A stretch of DNA of 63,842 nucleotides, counting the filler, from Choristocarpus tenellus KU-1152 (lineage: Eukaryota > Protista > Phaeophyceae), in assembly GCA_964200185.2 (NCBI GenBank). It is 11 parts of 11 records of this genome, joined end to end, with 100 filler letters (N's around TTAATTAATTAA, not from the genome) between each part and the next. Parts side by side here need not be neighbours in the genome. Positions count along the whole stretch, not along the records: positions 30,809 to 37,228 come from CAXNAD020008179.1; positions 37,329 to 42,606 come from CAXNAD020011283.1; positions 42,707 to 48,592 come from CAXNAD020009504.1; 8 more parts are not named here. The stretch is one strand, 5' to 3'. The position numbers and the translations under genes are program-made. Shown piece after piece: positions 34,409-47,900 of the stretch. Each line of letters begins with the position of its first letter. The first letter of the stretch is position 1. Below the pieces are notes generated by a model. It saw nothing but the letters and a program-made list of their open reading frames with translations, was not told where the DNA came from and made no database searches.

Positions 34409-36197
34409 TGGCGACTTGAAGCATGAAGGACATACCTGGTTGAAGTGAAGTGTTTGTGATGTTGTACACTGGCTGGATAACAGAGCGCAGATACAGATAG
34501 AGTGTTGAACATCATGTATTTGTTTGTTGTAGGGACGCAAGGGCTATTTACGGCGATGTCATGGACACCAGGAGTGTCTGCCATCTGAGCTAATATACAA
34601 AAGTGTGGAAACCGACAGGTGAAAGGAAAAGTAACCACTAGTAGCACCCGGTTGAGCATTTACAAAACGACCTCCTTCAACCTTGACAGAGGCCATTATC
34701 TCCACAATCTCGGAAATGTAGATGTGCTTGCGCTCATCATACAGGATATATATATATATATATGGACAAAAGCAAAGGTCTAGGCACTGCAACAAGCAGT
34801 ATACTCAGGATGACCATGAAAGAAAACTAAAACAGTACATTAAACTGAGATTATGCAGACAGAGGTATACATGGTGTACCAATGGTATAAAACATAGTAT
34901 ACTGTCATATTGATCCACCAAACCCCTTCTAACGCAGTCAACAGGAATCTCCCATTTTTGTCAAAATCGGAGACCAGCCGAAAAATCAGATATATTTATG
35001 TTCCTGGCTGTAATCAGAGAAGTGAACAGAAAAATTGTGGATTCTGTAGTACAGTAATATTAGTATTTTGTTCAAGAAACCAGGTGATTGCATGCCGGAT
35101 TACACTTGCAGCATATTTGTACATCACTGGTGTAATCTGTACCGTCGTCATACCAACCCACTGAGGGTCCAACATGTAGTCACCAGCTATCTCTGATATA
35201 TCATCAAAATTACTGTGCTGTCCAAAAATCAACCACACTTGCTTCCTTGTCCGCAACGACTAGTGCATTTGCAAATTGACACTTCTAGAGAGTCTCCTTC
35301 GGCGAGGGAAAACCAACATGAACATATATATCACCTAACATTTATTGAACTTGTAAACAACAGCCCAACACGGGCAGGACCACCACATGTGCAAATCGAT
35401 AGAATACCAATAATCCACACAAGGCTTGAACTATACCTTCCAAATTCAACGCAGAGTCCTCACTTCCAAAGGAAATCTTGCAACACAAACAAAAAAGCAC
35501 AACAAAAAGACACAAACTTCTTCCTAAACAGGAACAACTACCTACAAAGTAGCTTTGCCATGCTCTCGCTGTCTCTCAAGAGAGTCTTCATCTTAAGTCC
35601 TCTCTTTTCTTGTACCCTGCCAACCGAGCCCTACCTGTACCGTCGTAGCCAGTCACAATCCACTCATCCACAAACCCTTGCCCCAGTCGAAACCTTGGTG
35701 AATTGGAACAGTGGAAAAACAGACCCTGTGCAGTGTTGCAACAAGGGCAGACATAAAACACATTGGGAAAGGCACTATCTACCTCTCCCCTTCATCACCT
35801 CGATATCACATGCTATAGCACATTTCAATCACTGCAGATACATAGCAGCCACAACCTCTCTCCTCAGGAAACAGAAGATACACATACATACACACACACA
35901 AAGTTGTCCCAGTGATACTCAGTGTGTGTTGGGACCTGTGGAGAGCACCTTGTGTTCCCATCAGGTAGTAAAATGTACCATGTTGGACATGAGCGCTTGT
36001 GGCAAAACTACAACAGACTAAAAGCAAAGAAATTAGGTATATTTCAGATGCACACTATACACACAGCACAAAGCACAAACCTCAGATAAGCGTTGTTGCA
36101 GCAAGTCCAAGCAAGCTTTGCATATTATCACAGATTCTCGTGCAAATCGTTCTTTTGCCTTCCTCCCCTTCCCCTTCCCATTATCTCCCCTCTCCAG

Positions 36198-36749
36198 TCA
36201 CACTGAAGCATGCAAATCTTCCTCTCCAGCTAAGCCTCCAGTGTTCCACTGTGAAGCATTAGCTTCCCGAGAGGAGGAGGTAACCGGCTTTGGGGGTGCA
36301 TAACCCATTGCCCCCCACGCCCGCTGTGGGCGAGGTGAGATGGGTGCAGGTGACTCTTTCCAGGGCTGGAGGAATGGCAGCCAATCTGCCACCATCCAAA
36401 AGCGAAAGTATAATCTATTGCAATAATTTAAATTTCCATTTGGGGGAGGGGGGTGGGGGGCAGGGGATGGTGGGGCTGAGGGCCAAGTGCTGGTGGGATA
36501 TAGTGGAGTGTAATCCCTCCAAGGACTGCTCTAGCGTCAAGTGTGGTTGTAAGTCTTTCATAGAAAAGCTAGAATTCACCCTATAGAGCTGCCTCAGTAC
36601 ACCCTATATGCCAATTGAAAAAACATCTTGGCGAAATCAAACAGGCTTACCAAGATCCTTTTTGGCTTCGATGGGCTTCGCAGACCCCTCTAGGCATGTG
36701 TCAAGAGAGGTTCCGAAAACAGCCGCGTCGGCAGACTTCTTTACATCTC
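36198..36749 (-). CDS. 3' exons of an unidentified gene convergent on the ARM gene (partial)
   Basis: Exon 36749-36651 (cacag/GTAAGC; DVKKSADAAVFGTSLDTCLEGSAKPIEAKKDL) joins in phase 1 to 36385-36198 (DWLPFLQPW...HASV*). A further exon near 35590-35725 is possible. Confidence 0.5.
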
Positions 36750-38956
36750 CTGTGTTTATGCTCAAAACGACATTTCCTGTCCAAAAATAAACTGGAGTAC
36801 TTGTTTGCTGTCTGTGGTACTAGACAGGGAGAGCGTGAGGGTACACAAGGGACTTCTTTGAGATCAGCTCACATTCCAAAACGGACTGCTGCTTCCATTG
36901 CTATCATGAACAGTAGACACGTCACACACAGCCAGATCGTGAACCACAGGCCCACCCCTCCAATGGTGATACTGCAAGCACCATATTATATCATCAACAG
37001 GCAGAGTGTCAGGAAAGCAGATGGATACGTGAGAAATAGGGACGATGTATACAATAAGTGAGAATACATGGGACAGTCTTGTCGGTGAAATGTATTCTTC
37101 CCTACTTCACCATTTGGTAGCACTTGTCTTGGCACATTCAAAATGGTGAGATTTCATTGTGAAAATCACACAGGAAGCTTTGAAGACTCCAGTCAAGCAA
37201 CAATCAAGGCTTAGCGGGGGGGTGGGGGNNNNNNNNNNNNNNNNNNNNNNNNNNNNNNNNNNNNNNNNNNNNTTAATTAATTAANNNNNNNNNNNNNNNN
37301 NNNNNNNNNNNNNNNNNNNNNNNNNNNNCCCCCCCAACCACTTTCCCTTCAAATGTGGTCTATACCAAGCTGCCACGAAAAGTAGAGGTTGGACGACTCT
37401 GTTTTGGTAGTTGCCTAATCTGTAGTAATGCCAACTAGATCTTGTTTATGATCATTCTATTTTAATTTTCGTTGGTACGGTGTGTGGTACTACACCATGG
37501 TTTTGAATTTATTACTCTTTGAAGGATTGATAGTAAGAGTAATAGTTAGATGAGATAAGTGTAGTTAATTCTTTGTGCTTAAAGTGTAGTGCATTATGCA
37601 GCTGTTTTGTTTGTCAAGGCTGCAGAATGTATCGATTGGTGTATGTAGGGGACAATGAACAAAAGTGAGAAAGTTTCTTGCGATCTCGTGTTGATTTTTT
37701 CAGTGACACTCCAGTGACAAAGAAGAAGCTTTTGAAAAACAGAGTTTTTGAACTGCGTGAGTGCTTGATATCAGAGGTACTAGAGGAAAGGCTGAAGGCC
37801 AGTGCATACTTTCTTGTTTATACTACGGTGTTGGTATGGTTTTGAAGGCGTGACTGGGCAAGAAGAGTGTTGGCGTCGCTTGGAATTTATCCAGAGGAAA
37901 ACAATGGTGAACATGGTTAGAAACAACCAGTTCAAAGACCCTAATCCTGTTCCTAACTTGAACCCCAACCCTAGCTCTAAATCTGATCTGACAGATCACT
38001 GCTGCTTAGGAACTAGGGTGTAAGTATTGGGTAATTGAGGATTTTTGATGGTATCTGTGGTATGTACTATTACCACTTGATAGAAATGTGTACAGCTCAT
38101 AACTCAAGTATGAAATGAAAGTTTAACTGTACCTTGCCAAAGAATAACCATTACGGTGCCGTTGTTTCTTGAGGGTCTGATACCATGCCATCTAGTGGTG
38201 TTTGAATACACGCTATAGTGTACCTTTAAGTTCGATGTTAATAATAGAGATAATGGTGGTAACAGTAGTATAAATAGTACTGGAAGTAATAATAGTAGTA
38301 GAAATGATAATAATGCAAATGTTAATAGTTGTAGATTTAATGTTAATGGTATCAATGGTAACAGTAATAAGAACATGGAGTGCAGTGTTGTGTGTGGTAC
38401 ACTTCGCTACTTATGGTCTGTGGTATTTTTTTCTGAACAAGGGTTGAAAGGAATTACAGATTGGGGCAACATAGAATATGTATGTAAGAAAAACAATTTA
38501 GGATGAAAAATGACTGTATCTATTACTAGCCATGTTCAAACATTGGTGTTATGGAGCTGGCCTGCTCCGATCCCAAATAGTGTCATCATAGTGATGGGAA
38601 CAAAGTTGACTCAAGGCATACACAGAGAAAAGCATTTATTCCCACATACATATAGGAAGATTTTAGGATCGAACCAACGTATATATACACTCTCTATTGG
38701 TTGACATAAAATAAAATAAAATTCCAGGGCTGTCAAAGCATTTCAAAATGACCGGGCCACATAGTTGCCTGATACCAATAAGTTCAAGAATCCCAGTTGA
38801 TGACCGTTAGCTGTTTGAGCATGATTGGCCGACGGTCATGGCCTGGAACCTGGCCACAGAAACTTCCTGGAGTGATGAAAAGAGTGATGAAAAGTGCTGC
38901 TCTGTACAAGTGTAATCTTATCCCTTGTGGTCCACATTTTTATTTCGTTGTTGCAG

Positions 38957-41717
38957 CCTGTTACGGGGCTCGAGCCTCCCCCATCTGTGACCTCTTGCGA
39001 AGGAGTCGACTGTCCCCCGGGGCAGGAGCGCAGCTCTCTGGAATGGGAGTTGGTGAATTGGGTCAGCACCAACAAGGCAAGGGAGGGTTTCTTTGATTGT
39101 TTGCTCTCAAACTGGACACTAATCCTTCCTCTGTGGCCCTGTATGTATGTATGTATATGTATATATATACTTTTTTTGTAAGTATGGGTTAGGGTTAGGG
39201 TTAGGGTTAGGGTTAGTGTTGTGATGTTTAGCACTCTTTGTGCACCATTTTGTGAATCTCTTTTTGTTTTAATTTTCAGTGTGATATTGGTGTGGTGCGT
39301 CTATTCCGTTTTTTGTTTTACTGTGGTGGTAGTACTGCTATGAGATACGGTCTATTCATGTTGCGTCTTGTTTTTATTTCCCCTAGAACGATAGCGTAAT
39401 CTGAGGTGAGGTGTGTTCCGACTGTTTTTTAATTTTGATTACCCTTAGATGTACAGTATGGTACAGGGCACTCTGTGTTATCGCGGTCGATTTTTTTTGT
39501 TTACAGAGGCTTTTGTGTGAGGAGGTATGGTATAGATGTACCCCAAAATGTAGTGGGCCCCTGGTTTTCCAAGAAATTGGAGCTTGCCACCAAGGGACTA
39601 TTCAGAGGTTTATCCATGACATTGTAGGTAAAACCCAACATGCAGTGAATGATTTCTCTCGAGACAATTTGGTACCACTGGCTGAATCACACCCCTGTTT
39701 TCTTCCCTGTGAGGGTGACCCTTGCAGTCGCTTAAATATATATTTTTTAATAAAACATATATAATAATAAATTAAAAAATAAAGCAGTTTTTCACGCTGA
39801 TCACATGTCACGTATTTTTTATGTTCTTTTCGTTGGGCAGGTGGTGGAGGAAGTGTTCGGCGACAGTATTCACAGGGAGGTAGTGGGTCGTTCTGCGCCG
39901 CTTCTGCGTTTCTTGAGTAGCATGGAGGATGCCCTTACTACAGAACACCTGGATATCATTTGGAATGCTTGTGTTGGAAAGGCTGAGCCTGAGCTGCAGG
40001 TAAAGTGTGTTTCCTGTGCTGTATATGTTCTTATGTGTAATTTTTTTTATAATTTTTTTTTATCCTTTTCAGTTTTTTTTGTTGAGGTTTTGGGTATATA
40101 GGTAGATACTTTAGTGTGCACCACCCTACGAGTAGATGATTGACATTTGTGTGTGATGATTGGCAGCCTTCTACACAAACGTCGGCCCAATTTTGTGGAA
40201 CCTGGCGGAGTTGTGATTACTTGGCACCTTGTACAACGTAACACTCAACACTGTGTTGCACTGTTGTGTTATATCTGTAGGGCTCGAGACGAAAAAATAC
40301 GTAACACTACTGTGTAGTGCCGTTTACATTTGAGTTCAAAACATAGATATCTCTATGTTTTGTCTAGCATTTTAGTGAAGTGTTAACATAATGCTATGAA
40401 AGTGTCGTATTGTCCAAGATATCAATGAAAATGTCACATACATGGTTCAACACTTGTAGCGATACCCATTTCTCTCTCTCTCTCTCTCTTTTGTTTGCTT
40501 TCTAATCATAGTTGTATTAGATTGGACTCAAATCGTGTGATATTAATAGTAATAGTAATGAATGTAATGCGTAGGGTGTGTATAGTCAGGTTTCATTGTC
40601 ACTCACACAGAGTTGACTCCTGCTTTTGCTAAAATAGAAATTTGCTAAATCATGTGTTCAAAGTGTGTAGTACCAACCAATGAAATGTTGGTTTTGTTTA
40701 AAAAAAGAGACTAATAAGGTCAGAGGAAGTTCAAACTCCATTTGCAGTGAACAAAAACAGCTTTGTGATGACGCAAGCATTTCTACATACATCCTCACCA
40801 TGCTGTCACCTCAACCACTACTGCTTCCCTCCAGATGGGCATATACCAACTTCTTGCCTCTCTAGTGGATTGCATGAAGCAGGAGCTGGTGTGCCACCTC
40901 ATTTCCAGGCTCCGGGAGAGTGCCTCAGGGAGTGATGGGAGTGGGGATGGTGGGACAGGGGGGGGGGGGGGGGGGGGGTAAAAGGGCAGGGGGGTAGGTA
41001 TGAGGTCCTGGCATTTGTGGAGTGTCTTGCCTCTAATCATGGAGACATTGTGCTCACAAGGTAGGTGTTTGGTGTTGGGTATGGGTAAGGTGTGGAGCGA
41101 AGTTTCTGTTGGTCTGATTGTGTTGTAGGAAGTTGAAGTATCTCGTAGTCTATAGGTGTATATATTTTCAGTTGTATGTGCTTTAGTTTGAGGGAGTAGT
41201 GTAATGGCATATATTTGTATTTTTTGTTTAATATTAGCTTCAATTTGAGGGGTTTTGGTACTTCCAAGTGTACTATGGTCGTAGTAGTATTAACGTTAAA
41301 GAAAATGTGTGTGTATATTATATCATTGGTGTTGTGCTTTGCTGTGATATATATCTATTCATACTGTAGTTGTGCACAAGTACCCTCTGTCTGGAAAGGT
41401 TGTGATTTGAAGAAGAGACCTCATTTTGTCACAGTATATCTTCTGATGTTGTTGTTGACATGTATTTGTGTATCTGTGTTCGTGTTTGTGCATTTTGTGA
41501 CATAAGGTATATCTGGCATCCAGCACTTTAGTAGGTTGGCTTGTTTGTTTGGCTGGGGGAGAGGAAGGTTGTGCTCTGGTGTTGGTTTGGTGGGATGATT
41601 TTGTATTATGTTCCTGTTTCATTTATTAAGGTTTCAGGTAGCCCTGGTGTGCACAAATTTGTTGCATGGGTCGGTGAGGAGGAGGAGGGGCAGACCTTGG
41701 TCACGATATCTGAAGAG
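38957..41717 (+). CDS. Internal exons of a USP34/USP24/USP9X-like ubiquitin carboxyl-terminal hydrolase (N-terminal helical region)
   Basis: Exons 38957-39076, 39841-39999, 40835-~41000 and probably ~41631-41717 give ELVNWVSTNK|VVEEVFGDSIHREVVGRSAPLLRFLSSMEDALTTEHLDIIWNACVGK...|MGIYQLLASLV. This resembles the USP34 segment as I recall it (ELADW..NNVVEHIFG.NLH...FL...LSTQHIDCIW). Confidence 0.75.
39186..39216 (+). repeat. Interstitial (TTAGGG)n tract in an intron
   Basis: gggttagggttagggttagggttagggttag. Confidence 0.9.
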
Positions 41718-42786
41718 GTAGATGGGATAGGGTGGCATGTGGGTCTTTGTGGTGTGTAGTTCCTTGCTGGTTCTGTGAAACTCAGAATAGCCCTTCCCTA
41801 GAGTGCAAAGTTAAGTTTAGAGGAGAACTGGATTGGTAAGAGAGGTTTGGGGGGGGAAGGTGAGGAAATGTCGACAGAACTCATAGTGTAAATGTTAGAA
41901 AATCGTTGACGGTGTGGTGGATTTTGCTGATTTTTTCTGGTTTTCTGATTTTCTCCATCTCTGGGTTCTTGTCTGGCTTCACACATGCCCATTAATTTTT
42001 TCTCGGGATGCATTCCTATTTTCAATTGAACCTGTCTTTTTGGGGTGATTCATCCTATATTAGAAAGGAATGAAATCGGGACCTTTATTCGCCATTGATG
42101 CTGAAATTTGCTAATGGACGAACGGCGATAGTTAAATGTTTCATGGGTGTGAGTGAAACCGACTGGAAAATCTCTCGACGTTCTTGATTTCGAAACGAAC
42201 TGTTCACGTAGCCCTTGATTTGAGACAAGCAAATCGCCATCCTTCTTGAGCAGAGCGCACAGTTTGCCTTCTTATGAGGAGTAACCGGTCCGAACTTACC
42301 TCTCAATAGTCAGTATCTCTTTAGTTGTGGTTTAATTGAATTGTAGTGTTTGAATTGCTACTGTTCACAATGCTGCGAATGATGCTACTACTATTCGCGA
42401 TGCTAAAATATCTGTAGCGCTCTGTAGCATCGTGGTTTTGGTCTGTAGTGATCGATACCATAGGCTATTTTATTGTTATTGTATATTCACTATATTCACA
42501 CAATAGCTTCCAAACCCCAGTTTCCCCTTTCCTAACACCCTTTTTTTTTTTCATCTCCCCCCCCCCCCCCCCCCCCCCCCCCCTCCCCAAACCTGCGTGT
42601 GGGGGANNNNNNNNNNNNNNNNNNNNNNNNNNNNNNNNNNNNNNNNNNNNTTAATTAATTAANNNNNNNNNNNNNNNNNNNNNNNNNNNNNNNNNNNNNN
42701 NNNNNNCCCCCCCCCCCCCCCCCCCCCTTGCGCCCCCCGTGTTGGCCGCCCCCCCCCCCCCCCCATAAAAAAAAAAAAAAAGTCAG

Positions 42787-44968
42787 AGGCTCGAAGTGTT
42801 TACGTTTGGGGCCTCCCTTGGAACACCCCCGACGATCGAATCCGTGACTTCTTCAAGGACTGCGGTAGCGTCGTGGGGATTGAACAGCCCCTGAGCCCGT
42901 GTGGACGATCGAGCGGCACCGCCCTCTTGGCGTTTGATTCCAATCGTGCGGCCGAGAACGCCGTTGCGGTGAGTGGAGACCCCCGGACGGATGGGACGGA
43001 ACGACGCCTACTGGGGATTGGGAGGTGGCAGGGGATATTGTGCGAGTTTTCGTCTGTGGTGTTCAAGGGTTTTTGGCGGTGTTGCATTGTGTTATGTTGT
43101 GTTATGTTGTGGAGATGGAACCACAACGTGCTATAGAAGGCCCTACGCGAGATTTGCATGTATGTGCTTGTATTAGATGTAGATAGGACGGCATCACTGT
43201 GAGAGAGTCTTACCGCAGCGTTTTTGTTATTATTCTAGCTGTGGTTGCATAGTAGTGTTGTTGTAGTATCCATCTGTTCCGGGCGTCTGCATCTGTGCTC
43301 TTGGAGATACTGTTGAGTACATGCAGAGTAGGTTGGAATGATGCCTTCTCCTGATACTGCTGGTTTTTCTCTCACTGGAGTTTGGAGTGGAGGGGGTACA
43401 TAGCATCGAGAAGCCATTTCAGGGTGCTCTGCAGGATATAGGTAGGATTGAGATTTGATTGAATGTGGTGCGATTGAATACGATGTGATTGGATGTGTCT
43501 ATGGTATAGCAAAAAAGTGTTTTTCATCTCTGATCCTCTCGGTAGATAGAAGCAATAGGGATGGACCAATGGCTCTAAAAGTGCCCACTTCTATGAGATC
43601 AATGAGTTACAGTGCTCAAAAAAAGTCTCATGATACTACCCACATTCTCTGTACTCTCCTGCATTGGGTAGGGTTCCCCCCCCCCCTTCCGTTTGTTGTG
43701 CAGCCCTGCAGTGTGCAAGTATCTCGAAGTAAATCAGGGTTTTGTTTGATATCTACAAAAAATTTTATACAAATGTTTTACTGTTTTCTTATCTGATTGC
43801 CACTACTGTCTACTTTCTTGGGTCCAGTCCTGAAATCAGAACAAAAAGGTGGGCAATCATTGTCTTGATATTGCACATGCATTCAACACATGCATTCAAG
43901 TAGCGTTTCATAAACGAGATGACTCTCTAATCGTTCCTGCTATTCATCCAAGTCATTTCAGCACCCCCACCCCCACCCCCACCCCCCCCTGCCACCTCCA
44001 CCTCAACAGATGAACGGGCAGACACTGGGGGGACGTTGGCTTGGGATCAGGATGACAGATAAGGCACCGGGGGAGAAGAAGGAGACACCAAAAAGATGTA
44101 CAGGCGTTTTTATCCGCAACCTGTCTTGGCGCATTGATAAGGTGCATTGATGGGGGTGCTAGTTCAAAGTGTGCTCTGTCCATTGCATAGGTGCATTAGG
44201 GTGAAACAGTCAACCTTTCAGAGACTGTTACAGATGGCAAACCCACTGCATCGAACTCGCACTCGCGTGACGTGACGTGATGTGATGTGATGTGATGTGA
44301 TGTGATGTGATGTGATGTGATAGGAAACAGTTCAGGAGACGTTTAGGCAGTGTGGCAACATCAAGCATGTGCACTTCCCTCGGCACCCAAAGACTGGAGG
44401 GTTCATACACTTTGGCAATGTGGAGTTCTACGATGAAGGCGGAGCTGAAAGGGCCTTGAAATTGGCAGGCACAGCTGTCTTAGGTCTGCCTATAAAAGTG
44501 AGGCAGGTGTTGTTTCTTGGAACGTTGGAGGTTGAGGCTGTCGTGATGATCTCCTCACTCTCTGTCCCCGTGTGGTGATGTAGTAGTCTGTTGTGACTCT
44601 CCTAGTACTGTTGTGGGTGGTGGGTGGGTGTGGGTGTGGGTGTCTGTATGCCTGTGCGGATTGTTTTGAAGGTTTAGTGAACAAAGTGATGTGCATGGTG
44701 TGGCAAAACAGGAATTCCTTTATGTGGCTTGAGATGACATTTGATCGGTTGCTGTGGCCATGCACAAGTTGGACATGCTTAAAATGTGTATGATGACAGG
44801 ATGTACAAGGACCACATGTGTGTGTGTTCATACTCTTGGTTTGAACGTTAGTCAGCTATCCCCCACTCACCCCTCTTTGTACCTCCCCCCCCCCCACAAC
44901 TCTTCATGCATGTGTGTGTTTGGCTGTCTGAACAGGTTGAGTACCCCAAATTCCCCCACAGGAAGTAG
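42787..44968 (+). CDS. Two-RRM RNA-binding protein (nucleolin/Nsr1-like RRMs), 5' partial
   Basis: Exons ~42787-42968 (SVYVWGLPWNTPDDRIRDFFKDCGSV...GTALLAFDS), 44010-44141 (MNGQTLGGRWLGIR...GVFIRNLSWRIDK), 44324-44497 (TFRQCGNIKHV...FGNVEFYDEGGAERALKLAG) and 44936-44968 (VEYPKFPHRK*). All three joins are phase 0, GT-AG. Confidence 0.88.
44267..44321 (+). repeat. (GTGAY)11 pentanucleotide repeat abutting a 3' splice site
   Basis: gtgacgtgac(gtgat)9 followed directly by AG and exon 44324. Confidence 0.9.
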
Positions 44969-47900
44969 TTTTCAGGCTAGGCAAGTAAGGTAGTTTCATA
45001 GGAAGGCCACCTGAGAGAGTGAGTGACACAGTGGGGTATCTGCAAAGTCACCGGGTCATCCATTGTACCCAGGTTTTCTTCCCAGAGCAGATGAGAACTG
45101 TCCAGAGCGATAGAGGAAACAGGAATGGTTTATAGAGGGTTCAGGGTGAATGTGAAAAAAACTACCAGTAGGGAGAGAGCTGGGAAAACAATGTTGGGAA
45201 TGAGAAATGAAGAGAGTTCCAACTCCGTTTGTCTTGTAATGATTTAAATAATATTCAGAGAGTGCGGAAGGCTAGCTCTGTTGTGTATTTTTTTCTCATG
45301 ATGGGGGAGGGCGGGGGGGAGACTGTATCGCATAATGAGGTTGTCATTTATTGTGAGCAAGAAGTTTGAACATGTTAGAAAAAAAAAGGACCAAAAAGGA
45401 CTCATCACCAACGATCAAATGACTCATTAGAAAGTTACTCAAAGAACAAAGGGGGGACAAAAAATTAAAATATTACAAAACCTGACGAAGAGATAAACAT
45501 AAATGTAACCATTATTCTAGCAGCCCCGGGTAACACGTAAAGCACCCGTTCTTGGAGGCCCAGATATCCCTTCATGAGCATCCCAGAACGGTTTTCGCAC
45601 TTGCGAAATAAAAACAAGGTGTCTGACCTGCACCGTTATGTATTTATTTATATTACTTATATTTATACCAACCTCCTATCACCGTTCAAGTCCTTCATTT
45701 CCTTCAAGACTGAGTTAAAAGGGTATCTAAGTTGAGAATAATGAACATGTGCAATGGGGAAGCAGAGGATGTGCCTGCTCAACAGGAGCAGCTCTGCAGG
45801 GCATTGCAAGGGTTCGAGCTAGGATGCTCCAACTAATGGTGCGGGTTGTAGTATCTGGGTGAACCGATGGTAGTATTTTGGTGTGAATATCTGAGAGTGG
45901 ACGGATGCCTCTCCCTGGGCATGTTACCTTTGATGCTGAAGGAGCTGCTGTCTTCTTGGACATGAATCATTAGGTTCTTCACTCATTTACCCGATGCTGG
46001 AGTTTTTAACTTACATTCCCTTACATATTTGTTTTTTTGTTTTTTTGCACTTCTGGTCTACATCCGATAATACCTTACATCTATGTCAACTGCTCAGAAC
46101 TCCTTCCAATATATCTAGAAACCCCTATACATGCGCTGCATCCACACACGATATGATGCTGCCCACTCTACCAACACCCTACACCAAAATAAGACACCCA
46201 GGTGACAAACCAGGTGTAAACCTTCAATCTGTAATCCCCACGGTCATGAGGCAACAATGACTCAGCAGTGATTGCCATTTTATCATGTTCTGGCATCATC
46301 ATTGGTGTAAAACCGGGCATATCGAGATATTCCTGGATCACTGTTTCCGATATCTGAAAAATGTCAAAGGACATAATAATAATATATCTTGACAGTCACC
46401 AAGGACGAAACACAAGTAAAAGCGCGCTACCAAGCAGTTAAGGTTCAATGTAGCCGTGACTGACATCTTTGCTCATGTAGAAGGTGCTCGGAACAGAAGA
46501 AAAATATACTTGTACGGTGTGTAAATACTTTCCTAGTGTTTCTCGCACGTGCTGGTAGCCCTTCAGGGCGACTCTTGAACGCGTCGACAGGGAGTGTAGG
46601 CTGTACGCCCAAGAAAAAACAAAGCTTGCAGGTGACACGCGCGCTGAAAAATGCGTATTATAGCCTTCGGCACGCACATATGGAAGTATATGGTATTTGC
46701 GTGTAAGTATGACGAAAACAACGTACCCTTCTTAGAGCAGGATATTCCAAAACCTACCAATCAAATGTGAGCAACAATAGGAGTAAAATATTGATGAATT
46801 GAAAAACTTGCTTCTTCAAGACTAATGATGAGTATGCGACGTGGTGGAGCACCATTATCAAGGTTTAACTCCCGCTATTGTATGCTACGTAAACAACAGT
46901 ACACGAGTCGAGACTCCTATTTGCTGGGTCAGTTGCAAGCATGAGGGATGATTTGTTCCCAAGGTATTGATGTTTGAGAAACTTCCAGCAGGAAAACGGA
47001 ACCAAGGTAGACAGGAGAAGAACAGGGGGCATGCCTCCAAGACGATCTTGAGAAGTTTGGGATTGCAATTGGGGGTTGGAGCAAGAGGGTCGCACTAAAC
47101 AATAGAAGTGGTACGAATGTGACTGACAGCACAACAACCTTCATGGCAACGTGGCATTCTAAGGAAGCTGTGATAGTGAATGTTGTCATGCCAAAGCAGC
47201 AGCTAAGATAGCCCAAGCCACCAACATCACCACGATCACTTCTGGTAATTACTGTTTCCTCACCCGATTATCTTTTCAAGTTATTTTCTTCCATTAATTG
47301 TTCTTTTCCTTTCTTCTCTCCTTTTGCAATTTTTGGGCGATATCGTAGTTCTTTCTTCTATAACTCTTTTTCTTTTCTCATTCTCCTCTTCTTCCATTCT
47401 TTTCTTCCAGCCCCCCCCTCCCCCCCCCCTTTTTTCCTTGTTCCCTTTTCTCAACCTCTGTTTATTGCGTTCTTTCAACTAAGAATACATTTTTAACATG
47501 GGTATGGGATCCATCAGACTAATGTAATGACAATACTACCATCACTACTATACCAAAAATAATTTTAACATAATATTAATGTAGAAAGAAGGGTTTTCTG
47601 TGTTTCTTTTTTTGTTGTGACCTCTGGCATGTTGTAGATGTGCTAGAAAAAGACGTACATGTTATCTTACAGTTATTGCCGTATACCATATGCCGTCATA
47701 CCGTTTGAGGTTCCTTGTCAGGAATCTTTTCGACAATCCCTGTGTGAAGATATTCTGTTTCCTTTGATGATATATTAGATTTATTAAATTAGGAGTGCGT
47801 GCAACAGCATCGATGTTTGGTATCTACAGTAGAGTGCACTACAAAGGTGAGGGTGGGGCATTGCCTGACCACCTAGTCCTCACCTGGGTATTTCTCCACT

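Noticed and set aside
35215-36021. 268-aa plus-strand ORF
   Set aside because: Non-ATG start, low-complexity intron-like composition (antisense of TG-rich sequence) and no recognisable domain.
45727-46643. Possible minus-strand exons (ARVSPASFVFSWAY…; ISETVIQEYLDMPGF…)
   Set aside because: Splice-like sites exist, but the phases do not join and there is an in-frame stop at 46438-46440. No family was recognised.
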